Assembly: GCA_029856125.1 (NCBI GenBank)
Contig: JAHQWJ010000107.1
Span: forward strand, 32,001 to 96,000
From: Promethearchaeia archaeon
GTDB taxonomy: Archaea > Asgardarchaeota > Lokiarchaeia > Sigyniarchaeales > SOKP01
DNA: 64,000 bases
Reading direction: 5' to 3'
Every line of letters starts with the position of its first letter. Within the stretch, counting starts at the first letter, position 1. Both the position numbers and the translations under genes were made by a program. This document shows positions 50,339 to 60,783 of the stretch, piece by piece. The notes beneath the pieces are model-generated. The model was not told where the DNA came from. It saw only the letters and a list, made by a program, of their open reading frames with translations, and ran no database searches.

Positions 50339-51526
50339 TTAAATAATTAAAAACACACCGTATAAACCAAGCAATAGTATAAAAGATATGAAAATCGGTT
50401 TGCCTAAGACTTTTGCAACTTTTATAAAATCTGTTTTAAAATATTCTGTACTATAGGCAACGCAAGGATGAAGCGGAGTAATTAGATATCCTAAAAAAAT
50501 TGAAGTGTAAATAAAGATGAAATCAAGCAATGGCATGATTGGAACTGTAAATTGTGCTAAATAAATGGGGAGTAAAATTGAAATGGGTAATTGGATACGT
50601 CCCGTTCCGAACCCAAGAAGAAAGCCGATTAATATAAGAAGAAAAACTGATAAATCTACGCTAGCAATTTCCTCAGGAGCACCAGAAAGAACAAACACCT
50701 CTAAAAATATAAACATCGAAAAAATAATTAATGGAAAACGCCAAATTTTCATCTTTTTTGAAATGGGTTTTACACTTGAAACTTTCATTTTCCCAAATTT
50801 TAGCGCCAGCCAAATACTAATAATGAGACCAAGAAGAAGGAATAATTCTGGAACAAAGAAATTAAAAAATGTCCTTCCAACAAAATCGAAAACTGGGGCA
50901 ATAAGAATTGGTAATAAATTGAGAAACGCTCGTTTAAGATCCCTTTCTCCTTGTTCTGTATAAGGAGACACATTCCTAACCAGCATAATGTATCCTATTA
51001 CCCACATTACAATTAAACCAGGTAATAGCCCAAGAACAAGTATATAGAGGTTTATGTTAGTGATTTTACTGGCTATGATCAAAGCAGAAGATATTGGATA
51101 AATCATAATCAACATATGTCTATACCATACATTGATTGAGACCTTGATATTCGCATCCTCTTCAGAATCTATCTGCTGTACAATAGGAGCGGACATTAAT
51201 GCACCCCCGGGCACCGGTAATAATCCAAATAACGCCGGTATCATCATAAGAGAAGATTTCCTTGAAATTCGCATTTTTTGAATCATCTCCATCATTAACC
51301 CAGACTCTTCCATTATTCCTCCTAAGATAGGAATAAGTATCATAATAATGATTAAGGCTATTATCGATAGATCTGTTAACACATTGATTAAAGATTGCAA
51401 AAAATCAACTCCCGCCAAAATTGCAAAACCTAACGCTCCCAAAGTTAGTACAATCCCTAATTCATACTTAGAAAGTGCCATAACTATACCAATTATTATG
51501 ATAAAACTTAACCAGGCGGGTAACAT
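50339..51526 (-). CDS. DUF401-like membrane protein (putative transporter)
   Basis: GLLPVPGGALMSAP, NVWYRH, GY..TPLHPC. Confidence 0.78.
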   Translation of the reverse strand: MLPAWLSFIIIIGIVMALSKYELGIVLTLGALGFAILAGVDFLQSLINVLTDLSIIALIIIMILIPILGGIMEESGLMMEMIQKMRISRKSSLMMIPALFGLLPVPGGALMSAPIVQQIDSEEDANIKVSINVWYRHMLIMIYPISSALIIASKITNINLYILVLGLLPGLIVMWVIGYIMLVRNVSPYTEQGERDLKRAFLNLLPILIAPVFDFVGRTFFNFFVPELFLLLGLIISIWLALKFGKMKVSSVKPISKKMKIWRFPLIIFSMFIFLEVFVLSGAPEEIASVDLSVFLLILIGFLLGFGTGRIQLPISILLPIYLAQFTVPIMPLLDFIFIYTSIFLGYLITPLHPCVAYSTEYFKTDFIKVAKVLGKPIFISFILLLGLYGVFLII

Positions 51527-51621
51527 ATCTTTGAACGTGAGTGATTTTGATAATTCTACAATTCTATTCTTAGAAAAATAAAGGAATCAATATTTATTTT
51601 CTTATAATAAAACGTAAGAAT

Positions 51622-52536
51622 TTAACTAGTTTCAATATAAAAATGCGTTCCTGCTTTACCCTCTAATGCATCTTTTATTTTTTCAATTGATGTAATAATC
51701 GCTCGCTCGCCACCAGATTCCAAGAAGTTAATAACTGCTTGAATTTTAGGACCCATACTTCCGGGAGGAAAATGACCTTGCTTTAAATAATTTTTAGCAT
51801 CCAAGGTTGATACCTTATCCAGATATTTATAATCAACTCTTCCAAAGTTTAAAGCGACTCTTTCTACATCTGTAGCAATTATTAGGATATCTGCACTTAT
51901 CTGTTCTCCTAATTTTGCACTGGCTAAATCTTTGTCTATTACAGCTTCAACCCCTTGAAAACGAGTCCCTTCTTTAATTACGGGAACTCCACCACCACCA
52001 CATGATATAACGATAAAATTCTCCTGCATTAACTTCTTAATTTCTCGAGATTGTACTATCCTTATTGGTTTTGGTGATGGGACCACGCGTCTCCATCCTT
52101 TTGAAGTTTTCACATATCCTGGACGCTTTCTTTTGTATGCCGGCCCAATTGGTTTTGTAGGGTGAGTAAACGCTTTATCGTTAGGGTCAACTTCAACATA
52201 AGTTAAAACTGTTAAGAAAAATTTTTCCAGATCAGTACCAAGTCGCATTAATTCTTCATCGAGGGTAGATTCAATTAAAAAACCTATTTGTCCTTGAGTT
52301 TCAGCAACTAATATCTGCAAAGGCATTCTTGTAATCTCATCCGACGCTTCTTGTTGTAGAAGTAGTGCGCCTACTTGAGGGCCATTACCATGAGTAATAA
52401 TAATGTTGTATTTTTCTGACAATTTAGCAATCTGCTTTATAGGTGCTTGTAAGTTATTAATCATCTGTTCGGGCGTTCCTCTTTCTCCCGGTTTTATGAG
52501 AGCATTTCCTCCAAGTGCAACAATTAGCGTTTTCAT
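51622..52536 (-). CDS. arcC: Carbamate kinase
   Basis: VALGGNAL, THGNGPQVG, PTKPIG, RRVVPSP, EAVIDKD, GSMGPK. Confidence 0.93.
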   Translation of the reverse strand: MKTLIVALGGNALIKPGERGTPEQMINNLQAPIKQIAKLSEKYNIIITHGNGPQVGALLLQQEASDEITRMPLQILVAETQGQIGFLIESTLDEELMRLGTDLEKFFLTVLTYVEVDPNDKAFTHPTKPIGPAYKRKRPGYVKTSKGWRRVVPSPKPIRIVQSREIKKLMQENFIVISCGGGGVPVIKEGTRFQGVEAVIDKDLASAKLGEQISADILIIATDVERVALNFGRVDYKYLDKVSTLDAKNYLKQGHFPPGSMGPKIQAVINFLESGGERAIITSIEKIKDALEGKAGTHFYIETS

Positions 52537-52659
52537 TAAAGAGAACCTTTACAACAAACGATATAAAAGCAAATGAAAAATAATAATATTTTACTTCTTA
52601 TTTAAAGCTTTTCTCTTCAATGTGGTACAATATCAATCATCAAATGAAAAGGAAAAATT

Positions 52660-53592
52660 TTAAAATTTATCTCGTAAAAAGAGCATAATCCCTTTTTGGC
52701 CATGCAATCTGTTTTCTGCCTGATCGAATACAATCGATTGAGGTCCATCTATAACTTCAGCAGTTTGTTCATAACCTCGTTTGGCTGGCAAGCAGTTCAT
52801 AAAAATTGCGTCTGGTTTCGCAGTTTCCATTATCTGTGAGTTGACTTGGAATGGTATGAAAATTTTCCGTCGTTCTTCTTCCTTTTCAACAGGAATACCA
52901 TAAGACATCCACGAGTCTGTGTATAGTACATCTGAGTCTTTCGCAGCTTTAAAGGCATCATGAATTACATTTATATGTGCACCCGTTTCTTTTGATATTT
53001 GAGAGACTTCATCAAGTACTTCTTGTTCAGGTGTATATTCAGATCCAACAGGGCAAGCAACATCTAAGGTCAAACCAAAAATGGCAGCAATCCGCATTAA
53101 ATCGTAAGTTACATTATTATACGCGTCTCCGAAATAACTAATTTTAAGATTATCCAATCGTCCTTTTTTCTCTTTTATAGTTAAGAAATCTCCCATCATT
53201 TGGCATGGATGCGCAAAATCGTCAAGCATGTTGATTACCGGTACTTCCGCGTGTTGAGCTAAATCCCTAACATCTTGTCGCTTAAACACTCTTGCGGCTA
53301 TCAAGTTAACGAATCTTGAGGCGGTCTTTGCAGTATCGTGAATATTTTCTTTCTTGCCAAGAGGAGAATCCTTTATTGAATAAAAAATAGCGTGACCTCC
53401 TAATTGTTGCATCCCTACTTCAAAGGAGATTCTTGTTCTTAAGGAAGGCTTTGCAAATATCATTAAAAGCGTTTCTCCTTTAAGCGTGGAATCAAAAATG
53501 TGGGGATTTTGTTTAATCTCTAAAGCTTTATTGATTATTTTCTTGATTTCCGCCTTCGAAAGGTCAGAAATTTTTAATAAATGTCGAACCAT
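52660..53592 (-). CDS. arcB: Ornithine carbamoyltransferase (probably catabolic)
   Basis: PSLRT, HPCQ, TDSWMSY, MNCLP, AENR; next to carbamate kinase. Confidence 0.88.
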   Translation of the reverse strand: MVRHLLKISDLSKAEIKKIINKALEIKQNPHIFDSTLKGETLLMIFAKPSLRTRISFEVGMQQLGGHAIFYSIKDSPLGKKENIHDTAKTASRFVNLIAARVFKRQDVRDLAQHAEVPVINMLDDFAHPCQMMGDFLTIKEKKGRLDNLKISYFGDAYNNVTYDLMRIAAIFGLTLDVACPVGSEYTPEQEVLDEVSQISKETGAHINVIHDAFKAAKDSDVLYTDSWMSYGIPVEKEEERRKIFIPFQVNSQIMETAKPDAIFMNCLPAKRGYEQTAEVIDGPQSIVFDQAENRLHGQKGIMLFLRDKF

Positions 53593-53632
53593 TTTAACAT
53601 CAATGAATTTATTAGATAATACTTTATATTTT

Positions 53633-54799
53633 TTACTTTAAATCTTCTATTTTATGGTTATCGCGACTGTAAGCAAGTTCTCTTAACATTTCTTCATCTT
53701 TTGAATTTAGTTTTTCTGTAATTTCACGACTTAGGAGTTCCCCGAGTCCAGGACCAAGCATGAAACCCTGACCACACATACCAACTGCGTTAATGTAACC
53801 TTCAATATCGTCGATTCTACCAATTATGGGGTTTCCGTCTGGAGTCATAGGATATAATCCTCTCCAGGTCCTTCTAATTTTGATGTTTTTTAAACGCGGC
53901 AGTAAATTAACCATTCTTTTTGAGATTTGTGGTAAGAACGAGCTAGTTTCGCGACGATCAATACCGGGAATGTTAGGTTCTGGCGTAAGACAAAATATAA
54001 TCTTACCCTCTTTATTTTGATAGAAATAATAATTTTTTGAGTTTCCAAACTTCTCATCTGTAGCAGGTTTAATATCAATAACCATTGTAGAAAAGAATTT
54101 TTTAACGGGTTCGGTAATCCCTGCCTCATGGCTTTCTGGAACAACAGGTAAATCAATATTTAGCATGTTACCAATATCTTTAGCGTGAGCTCCTGCTGCA
54201 TTAATTATTGTTTGAGTTTTATATTCTGCTTTATTGGTTTTTACGCCTGTGATTTTTTTATTTTTTGTAGCGATATCAATTACTTCTTCGCTAAAGTTAT
54301 ATTCTGCTCCAAATTCCTTTGATTTACGATAAAACGCATGAAGGGCTAATAAAGGAGATGAATTTCCATCTTCAGGGCTATATGTGCCACCTAATAAATT
54401 ATCACTATTTATTCCAGGAACCAAGTCTTTAATTTTATCTGCATTTACATAATCAATATTTAATCCAAATTCCTTTTGTTGTCGAACCGTATTTTTTAAC
54501 ATTTGTTCGTGTTCGTTAGTAAACGCTAGAAAACAATAACCACCTTGTTCCCACCAAATATCGTTTCCATACAATTCTTTCCAAGAAGCAAAAATTTCTA
54601 TTGATCTTTGGCATAGCCAAATCTTGCTTTTAAGTGAATGAGTTGCTCTAATACCCCCTATTGCGTGTTTATTATCGCCCTGAGCAACTGAAGGTAAACT
54701 ATCAAGAACAAGCGTTTTAAGTCCAACTTTTGCCGTAGCTAAAGCAGTTGGGACGCCGATACTTCCAGCTCCTATAATGATAACGTCGTACTCCACCAA
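53633..54799 (-). CDS. FAD-dependent oxidoreductase, proline dehydrogenase / sarcosine oxidase beta-like
   Basis: IIGAGSIG, NAAG, R.W.G.Y.MTPDG.PIIG, G..GQGFM. Confidence 0.85.
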   Translation of the reverse strand: MVEYDVIIIGAGSIGVPTALATAKVGLKTLVLDSLPSVAQGDNKHAIGGIRATHSLKSKIWLCQRSIEIFASWKELYGNDIWWEQGGYCFLAFTNEHEQMLKNTVRQQKEFGLNIDYVNADKIKDLVPGINSDNLLGGTYSPEDGNSSPLLALHAFYRKSKEFGAEYNFSEEVIDIATKNKKITGVKTNKAEYKTQTIINAAGAHAKDIGNMLNIDLPVVPESHEAGITEPVKKFFSTMVIDIKPATDEKFGNSKNYYFYQNKEGKIIFCLTPEPNIPGIDRRETSSFLPQISKRMVNLLPRLKNIKIRRTWRGLYPMTPDGNPIIGRIDDIEGYINAVGMCGQGFMLGPGLGELLSREITEKLNSKDEEMLRELAYSRDNHKIEDLK

Positions 54800-54801
54800 A
54801 A

Positions 54802-56886
54802 CTATTTACCTCCTTTCTTTGTTTTTATTCCGGCGAAAGCACCCATAGGAACTTCTACAAACAACGGTCTTTTTGTGCCGGGGGTAATTTCTTCTTGTTT
54901 TATCCCTTCTTCTCGGAAAATTCTATTAATTAGCGAAGTACAAGTTTTTCCTCCACAAGCTCCCATCCCAGCCTTAGTTAATGCTTTCAATTCGTTAAAA
55001 TCATGTACTCCATAACGAATCCATTTTCGTATCTCCCCTACCGAAACTCTTTCGCATCTACACACGATAATATCGTCATCGGTGTAAGGTTGCTGATAGA
55101 GGTCCATTGCCTCGGTATAACCTGATTTTATTAGTTTAATGCCAATTGCAGTCTTAGCAATTTCTGAAGGCAACTTAACTGAAACTAATTGAGTTTTAGG
55201 AAATTCTTTAAGAAATCTTGCTCGAGTCACTTCAAACTCTCCTAAATCTCCCTCGTTACTAGCCACCATGACTGTTCGACCAACTTCCATCTTTTCAGAA
55301 GTTAATTCTAAAGGAAAAGTAACTACTGGAGATTCTTTATCTTTTCTATAGTCAATTAAGGTGATAGCTAATCCCGGACAAACCGCTACGCATTTTCCAC
55401 AGCCTATACAATCTTCGTCGTCGACAAAATATGGTAATTGAGTAATCAAGTCGTCAACTGTCTTGATTTGCTCCTGAGGACACACACTCGTACAAGGATT
55501 GCACGGTATTTCTTGATTACAATGAAATAGTGGAAAGATACCTTCTTCCCTTCCTATCACTTCCGTATGAACAGGATCTGGAGGTTTTGCTTTCATTATA
55601 TTAGCAAAATCTTCTAACTCTTCAAGATTCTCCGTAATTGGAACTCCAATTTCTTTTAAGATTTTTAGCGCTTCAATTTTGCCGGTAAAAATTGCTGCAG
55701 AAGCTTCAGCTATTTCTTGGGCGTCACCCGCAATCCATACTTTCATATGATATTGTTGCGCTTTATGGTAAAACTCATCTACAGGATCTAATCCAACTGC
55801 GATTAATAGAGTATCACAAGCAAATGTTCTTTCGGAGCCGGGTTCAATATCCCAGCTATCTGTAAGCTTCCCAATAGTAATGGATTCAAGTTTATCTTGC
55901 CCGTTTGCGGATATCACCGTATGGTTCGTATAAATAGGAACACCTAACCACTTTAATTTGTCTTCGTGAACTTTATATCCCCCACATTGGGATAAAGCTT
56001 CAACTAAACCTACAACATTTATCCCAGCTTGTATCGCGTGATATCCTGCTATTAACCCGACATTACCTCCTCCAACAATGAATACATTTTCCGCTGCTTT
56101 TATCACATCTCGATTTACTAAAGTTTGAAAAGCACCAGCGCCATACACTCCAGGAAGCGTGTTACCGGGAAAGACGAGCATCTTTTCTCTCGCGCCAGTT
56201 GCAATTAATAAGTACTTAGGTTTAATTAAAATATATTCGTCCGCGTCTTTTATAATACCAACTAATCCATCACTAAAAATTGCTAAAACTATGCTATTAA
56301 CCCAAATCTTTACAGATTTAAGGTTGGATACTATATCACCAAGTATGTTTCCTATCTCTATACCGCGTGTGCCCGCATATACATCTTCTTGAGAACCAAA
56401 AAATTTATGAGTCTGAAGGACTAATTTTCCACCTAATCTTAATTTATCGTCCACTAAAATAACATCAATATTATTTTCTCCTAAAACTTTTGTAGCAGAT
56501 AGTCCTGCAGGTCCACCACCTATTACGAGAACATCAGTATTTGTTATATTTATATCTTTAATTTCAACATGGTCATCTTCCATGGGTAATTCTGGTAGAC
56601 CATTACAACTCTCGATTGTCATACCTTCAGTTAAAAGCGTCATACAAGCTTTAACTGACACTCCATCGACTATTACATTACATTGAGAGCATTGACCATT
56701 TGCGCAAAAAATTCCTTGAGGACTTCGATCTTTGACATGATGGCCGAAAACTTTGATATTGTTTAGAAATAGAGCAGAAGATATAACCATTCCCGTAAAT
56801 CCAATTAATGATTTTCCATCAAATGTAAATTCAATTTCTTTCTTTTTATCTATGTCTATAATCGGGTGGTTATTTATAAACTCCAT
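54802..56886 (-). CDS. Fused alpha-type subunit ([2Fe-2S], FAD/NAD, 2x[4Fe-4S], BFD-like) of an amino-acid dehydrogenase
   Basis: FCANGQCSQC, GGGPAG, ATGARE, CNPCTSVCP, CIGCGKCVAVCP, CRCE...GACGGKTC. Confidence 0.85.
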   Translation of the reverse strand: MEFINNHPIIDIDKKKEIEFTFDGKSLIGFTGMVISSALFLNNIKVFGHHVKDRSPQGIFCANGQCSQCNVIVDGVSVKACMTLLTEGMTIESCNGLPELPMEDDHVEIKDINITNTDVLVIGGGPAGLSATKVLGENNIDVILVDDKLRLGGKLVLQTHKFFGSQEDVYAGTRGIEIGNILGDIVSNLKSVKIWVNSIVLAIFSDGLVGIIKDADEYILIKPKYLLIATGAREKMLVFPGNTLPGVYGAGAFQTLVNRDVIKAAENVFIVGGGNVGLIAGYHAIQAGINVVGLVEALSQCGGYKVHEDKLKWLGVPIYTNHTVISANGQDKLESITIGKLTDSWDIEPGSERTFACDTLLIAVGLDPVDEFYHKAQQYHMKVWIAGDAQEIAEASAAIFTGKIEALKILKEIGVPITENLEELEDFANIMKAKPPDPVHTEVIGREEGIFPLFHCNQEIPCNPCTSVCPQEQIKTVDDLITQLPYFVDDEDCIGCGKCVAVCPGLAITLIDYRKDKESPVVTFPLELTSEKMEVGRTVMVASNEGDLGEFEVTRARFLKEFPKTQLVSVKLPSEIAKTAIGIKLIKSGYTEAMDLYQQPYTDDDIIVCRCERVSVGEIRKWIRYGVHDFNELKALTKAGMGACGGKTCTSLINRIFREEGIKQEEITPGTKRPLFVEVPMGAFAGIKTKKGGK

Positions 56887-57002
56887 CTGGAATTTATTAT
56901 AAGGATTAATAATTTATATTGATTTTTATCAAAATAAAAAATAGAATTAAAAAGCATTCCGTCCATGATGTGCCCAGAAAATAGTTATAAAATCTCTTCC
57001 GT

Positions 57003-58814
57003 TCAAGGAGATTTGACATCTTCAATGAATTGATATGATTGATGCCTGAAATAAGTGTTATATAACCTTGCATAATAACCATTTCTTCGCATTAAACTTT
57101 CATGATTACCTTCTTCAACGATTTTTCCATGGTCTAATACAATTATGCGATCAACATTTCTTACAGTTGTCAGCCTATGAGCAATAACGATTGTAGATCT
57201 TCCTTGCATTACTTTTTCCATTGCTTCTTGAATTTGAAGCTCCGTAAAAGGATCTACAGATGCTGTTGCCTCATCTAGTATTAATATCGATGGATTTTGT
57301 AACAATACCCTTGCAAATACGATTAATTGCCGTTGACCCATTGAAAGAACTTTTCCTCTTTCTAGAATAAATGTTTTCAATCCATTATCAAGATTTTTTA
57401 TCCATTCCATACCACCTGACCGTTCTAAAGCCCTTATTACATCTTCATGAGAAGCCTCTGGTGAACCGTATTTAACGTTGTTTTCAATCGTATCCGCCCA
57501 GAGGAATGGAACTTGTGGTATAAAACCAACAGATCTCCTAAATTCCGAAAGTGAAATATCACGTATACTATGTCCATCTATTCGCACATCTCCTGATTGA
57601 AACTCATATAAGCGGAGCAAAATTTTAGTCAGACTTGATTTTCCAGCTCCAGTGTGACCTACAATCGCAACGGTTTCTCCTGGTTGGATTACTAAATTGA
57701 AATCCTTGAAAATAGGTTTATCAGGCACATATTCGAATCCTAAATTATCAAATTCTATTCTGCCTTTTATTGAATCCAAAACATAACCTCCTTGTTTAAT
57801 ATAGGATTGAGAATCTTGAAGAGCAAAGATTCTTTCTGCAGCTGATAAACCATCTTGAAATTGAGCCCAAAAACCTGCAATTTGAAGTATAGGCGAGAAC
57901 ATAAGGAGCGAACTCTGAAGAAATAAATAAATATCCGAACCACTTAACTCTCCTTGGAGAATTAAATTACCTCCAAAAAATATTAATAAAGCATAGAGAA
58001 CTGCTACGAGAATATCTAAGCTCGGAAAAAGAATTGATAAGTATAAAGCTCTACTCATATTTACTTTGTAAGATTGCTTATTTATTGCTTGAAAATTATC
58101 GTATTGACTTTTTTCTTGACGAAAACTTTTGATGATTTGAATTCCTGCCATTGATTCCTGTACGAAGGCATTTACTTGTGCTAAGGAACGTTGGCCATAT
58201 ACTGATTTTCTTCTTGTTATTTTTCTAAAAGATAAAGTAAATGCAAAAACAAAAGGTACGATTATCATAAATACTCCAGTTAACAAGGGGCTTACAATAA
58301 TCATCGGAATGAATACAATCATAAATATTAGGAAAGAAGAAATTAATTCTGTAAACATAGTAACTGATCCACCAAACTTTGCTCCGTCTGAGTTTATTCT
58401 ACTCACAATTCTGCCCGTTGGATATTTATCGAAGAACGATAAATCTTGCTCAAGAACTCTTAGATTAGTTTGTCTACGTAAATTATAACAAACTCCATAT
58501 ACCATTCGGTTTCCTGTGCGTCTGTTCACATAATTAAAAAGGTATCCTAATGAATTTAATATTAAAGTGTTAATTATAAAAAAGATTAAAATAAGGGGAT
58601 CTGATTGCGTCTCTAATTGCTTAATAATTAAACTCATAAGATACGGAGTTAATCCATAAGTTATTGAAGAAAGGCAAATAAAAGTAATTATAATTGTCAT
58701 AGAACGCCTATATGGTTTAAACAGTTTCAAAATTCTTGAAAATAATTCTCTATCAGAGTAGATTCTGTCGTAACCTTCTTCACCTAGTCCAAAATAACCA
58801 ATTTTTGGAGACAT
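57003..58814 (-). CDS. ABC exporter, TMD-NBD half transporter
   Basis: GHTGAGKS, LSMGQRQ, LDEAT, IAHRL. Confidence 0.92.
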   Translation of the reverse strand: MSPKIGYFGLGEEGYDRIYSDRELFSRILKLFKPYRRSMTIIITFICLSSITYGLTPYLMSLIIKQLETQSDPLILIFFIINTLILNSLGYLFNYVNRRTGNRMVYGVCYNLRRQTNLRVLEQDLSFFDKYPTGRIVSRINSDGAKFGGSVTMFTELISSFLIFMIVFIPMIIVSPLLTGVFMIIVPFVFAFTLSFRKITRRKSVYGQRSLAQVNAFVQESMAGIQIIKSFRQEKSQYDNFQAINKQSYKVNMSRALYLSILFPSLDILVAVLYALLIFFGGNLILQGELSGSDIYLFLQSSLLMFSPILQIAGFWAQFQDGLSAAERIFALQDSQSYIKQGGYVLDSIKGRIEFDNLGFEYVPDKPIFKDFNLVIQPGETVAIVGHTGAGKSSLTKILLRLYEFQSGDVRIDGHSIRDISLSEFRRSVGFIPQVPFLWADTIENNVKYGSPEASHEDVIRALERSGGMEWIKNLDNGLKTFILERGKVLSMGQRQLIVFARVLLQNPSILILDEATASVDPFTELQIQEAMEKVMQGRSTIVIAHRLTTVRNVDRIIVLDHGKIVEEGNHESLMRRNGYYARLYNTYFRHQSYQFIEDVKSP

Positions 58815-58819
58815 TCTAA

Positions 58820-60658
58820 TTAGGCACCTCCCAAAAGCTCATCTAAGGTTTTGTCAAATCGTTTAATGAAGATTTTTTGATACTCTTTTGAATTTTTAAG
58901 TAAATATTCGTGCGATCCTTGATTGACAATCTCACCTTGACTTAACACTATTATTAAGTCTGCCCATCTAATCTGGGAAAGCCTATGTGTTATGATAAAG
59001 GTAGTTCTTCCGTGTAGAACCCTGAAAATAGCCTTTTGAATCCTTTCCTCAGTCTCTGAGTCTATTGAGGAGCTAGAATCATCCAAAACTAATATTTTTG
59101 GGTCTGTGAGGAAAGCTCGGGCAATTGCAATTCGTTGGCGTTCTCCGCCACTTAATTGTACTCCTCTTTCACCAACCTCTGTATTGTACTGATTAGGTAA
59201 ATCTTCTATAAATTCATGAGCCTGCGCCTCTCTTGCGACGTTTATTACTTGTTCCTTTGTGGAATCTCGCCCAAAGGTAATGTTATCTAAAATTGAATCT
59301 GAAAAGATAAAAATATCCTGTTCAATATAAGCTATTTGGTCGCGAAGAGACTGAAGAGAATACTTTCTAATATCTATCCCGTCAATTAAAATTCGACCCT
59401 TATCGACATCATATAACCTTGAAATCATTTTCGTAAGCGTAGTCTTTCCAGAACCTGTTGTACCTACGATTGCTATAGTCTGTCCTTCCGATACTTCAAA
59501 ATTTATATTTTTGAGAACTTTGTTTTGAGTACCTGGATAAGAAAATGATACATTCTCAAACTTTAGAGCACCTTCAATATTTTTAGTTATAGCATCATCA
59601 GCATCGTAAATTTCTGAACTTTGATTCATAATTTCTAAAAGCCTATTTCCTCCCACAATTGCTTCTTTTGCCATAAAGAATGACTTTATTGAAGCGTTGA
59701 CAGGAAACCGCAATCGCAATAGTAAACCTATTACCCCTAATATATCACCAACGGTCAGAATACCGGCTCTATTATAAAGCACGCCAATAGTTAGACCTAT
59801 AGTAATTGTAACTGAGAGGAGCAATATAGGTAAATACTTTGCTTGTATATCGCCTTGTTCAATACCTATATCTCGATAACTCAAAGCACTATCTTTATAT
59901 TTCTCAATGCTATTTTCTTCCTGAGACATTGATTTCACTATTTCAATCCCGCTCAAGGATTCATTTAGAATAGTGTTCATAGAACCAAAAGCAATGCGCC
60001 TAAGTACCGTTGAAGGAGTTAAACGTCCAAGAAATCTGCGAAGATATAATATAAAGATAACACTAAATATCAATGGAATTAATACTAATTCTAGGCGATA
60101 GGTAGAACCAATAAAATATATAGGAACGATTAGGTTGATTCCTGCATTTATAATCATACCTATCGCAGGAGAAATTAAAAAATTCAAATATCTTACGTCA
60201 TTAGTAGCCCGAGCCATTATGTCTCCTATTCTTTGTTTATCATGAAATGATTGACTTTTGCCTAGCAAACTTAAATAGAATTCTCTGCGTACGTCTCTCT
60301 CAATTCTCTGAGCAACAATTTCCCGAAATGTTCTTGCTAACACTCCCGAAATAGGACTTCCCAATCCGATAAACAATACCAAAAAAGTATAGCTAACAAC
60401 TTGAGATGATTGGGCCGTAGGGAAAACATCAATAGCTTTTCCGATTATGACATAAATGAACGAAGCTAAATAAGACGAAATTATCATCAGAACGAAGAAT
60501 AATATCATAAAATACTTGTTAGATTTATAAAAAATGTGTTTAACCAACCAAGATTTTATTCCTTTTTGTCTGGTTTTTAAAAAGTCATCATTCTCAAATA
60601 TAAATTCTGATTTTGCACTACTGGGTTGTGGTTTCTGAGATTTTAAGGCTAGATTCAC
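58820..60658 (-). CDS. ABC exporter, TMD-NBD half transporter (heterodimer partner)
   Basis: GTTGSGKT, LSGGERQ, degenerate Walker B LDDSS. Confidence 0.92.
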   Translation of the reverse strand: MNLALKSQKPQPSSAKSEFIFENDDFLKTRQKGIKSWLVKHIFYKSNKYFMILFFVLMIISSYLASFIYVIIGKAIDVFPTAQSSQVVSYTFLVLFIGLGSPISGVLARTFREIVAQRIERDVRREFYLSLLGKSQSFHDKQRIGDIMARATNDVRYLNFLISPAIGMIINAGINLIVPIYFIGSTYRLELVLIPLIFSVIFILYLRRFLGRLTPSTVLRRIAFGSMNTILNESLSGIEIVKSMSQEENSIEKYKDSALSYRDIGIEQGDIQAKYLPILLLSVTITIGLTIGVLYNRAGILTVGDILGVIGLLLRLRFPVNASIKSFFMAKEAIVGGNRLLEIMNQSSEIYDADDAITKNIEGALKFENVSFSYPGTQNKVLKNINFEVSEGQTIAIVGTTGSGKTTLTKMISRLYDVDKGRILIDGIDIRKYSLQSLRDQIAYIEQDIFIFSDSILDNITFGRDSTKEQVINVAREAQAHEFIEDLPNQYNTEVGERGVQLSGGERQRIAIARAFLTDPKILVLDDSSSSIDSETEERIQKAIFRVLHGRTTFIITHRLSQIRWADLIIVLSQGEIVNQGSHEYLLKNSKEYQKIFIKRFDKTLDELLGGA

Positions 60659-60783
60659 TTCATTAGGTAGTAGTTTTATTTTAAAAAACGGTGATAAAAT
60701 ATAATTATAAAAATAGTTGGTAATTTTTTATTTTTTCTAAAAAAATTAAGTAAAGTATGAGGAAAATAAATTTTAATATTAGT

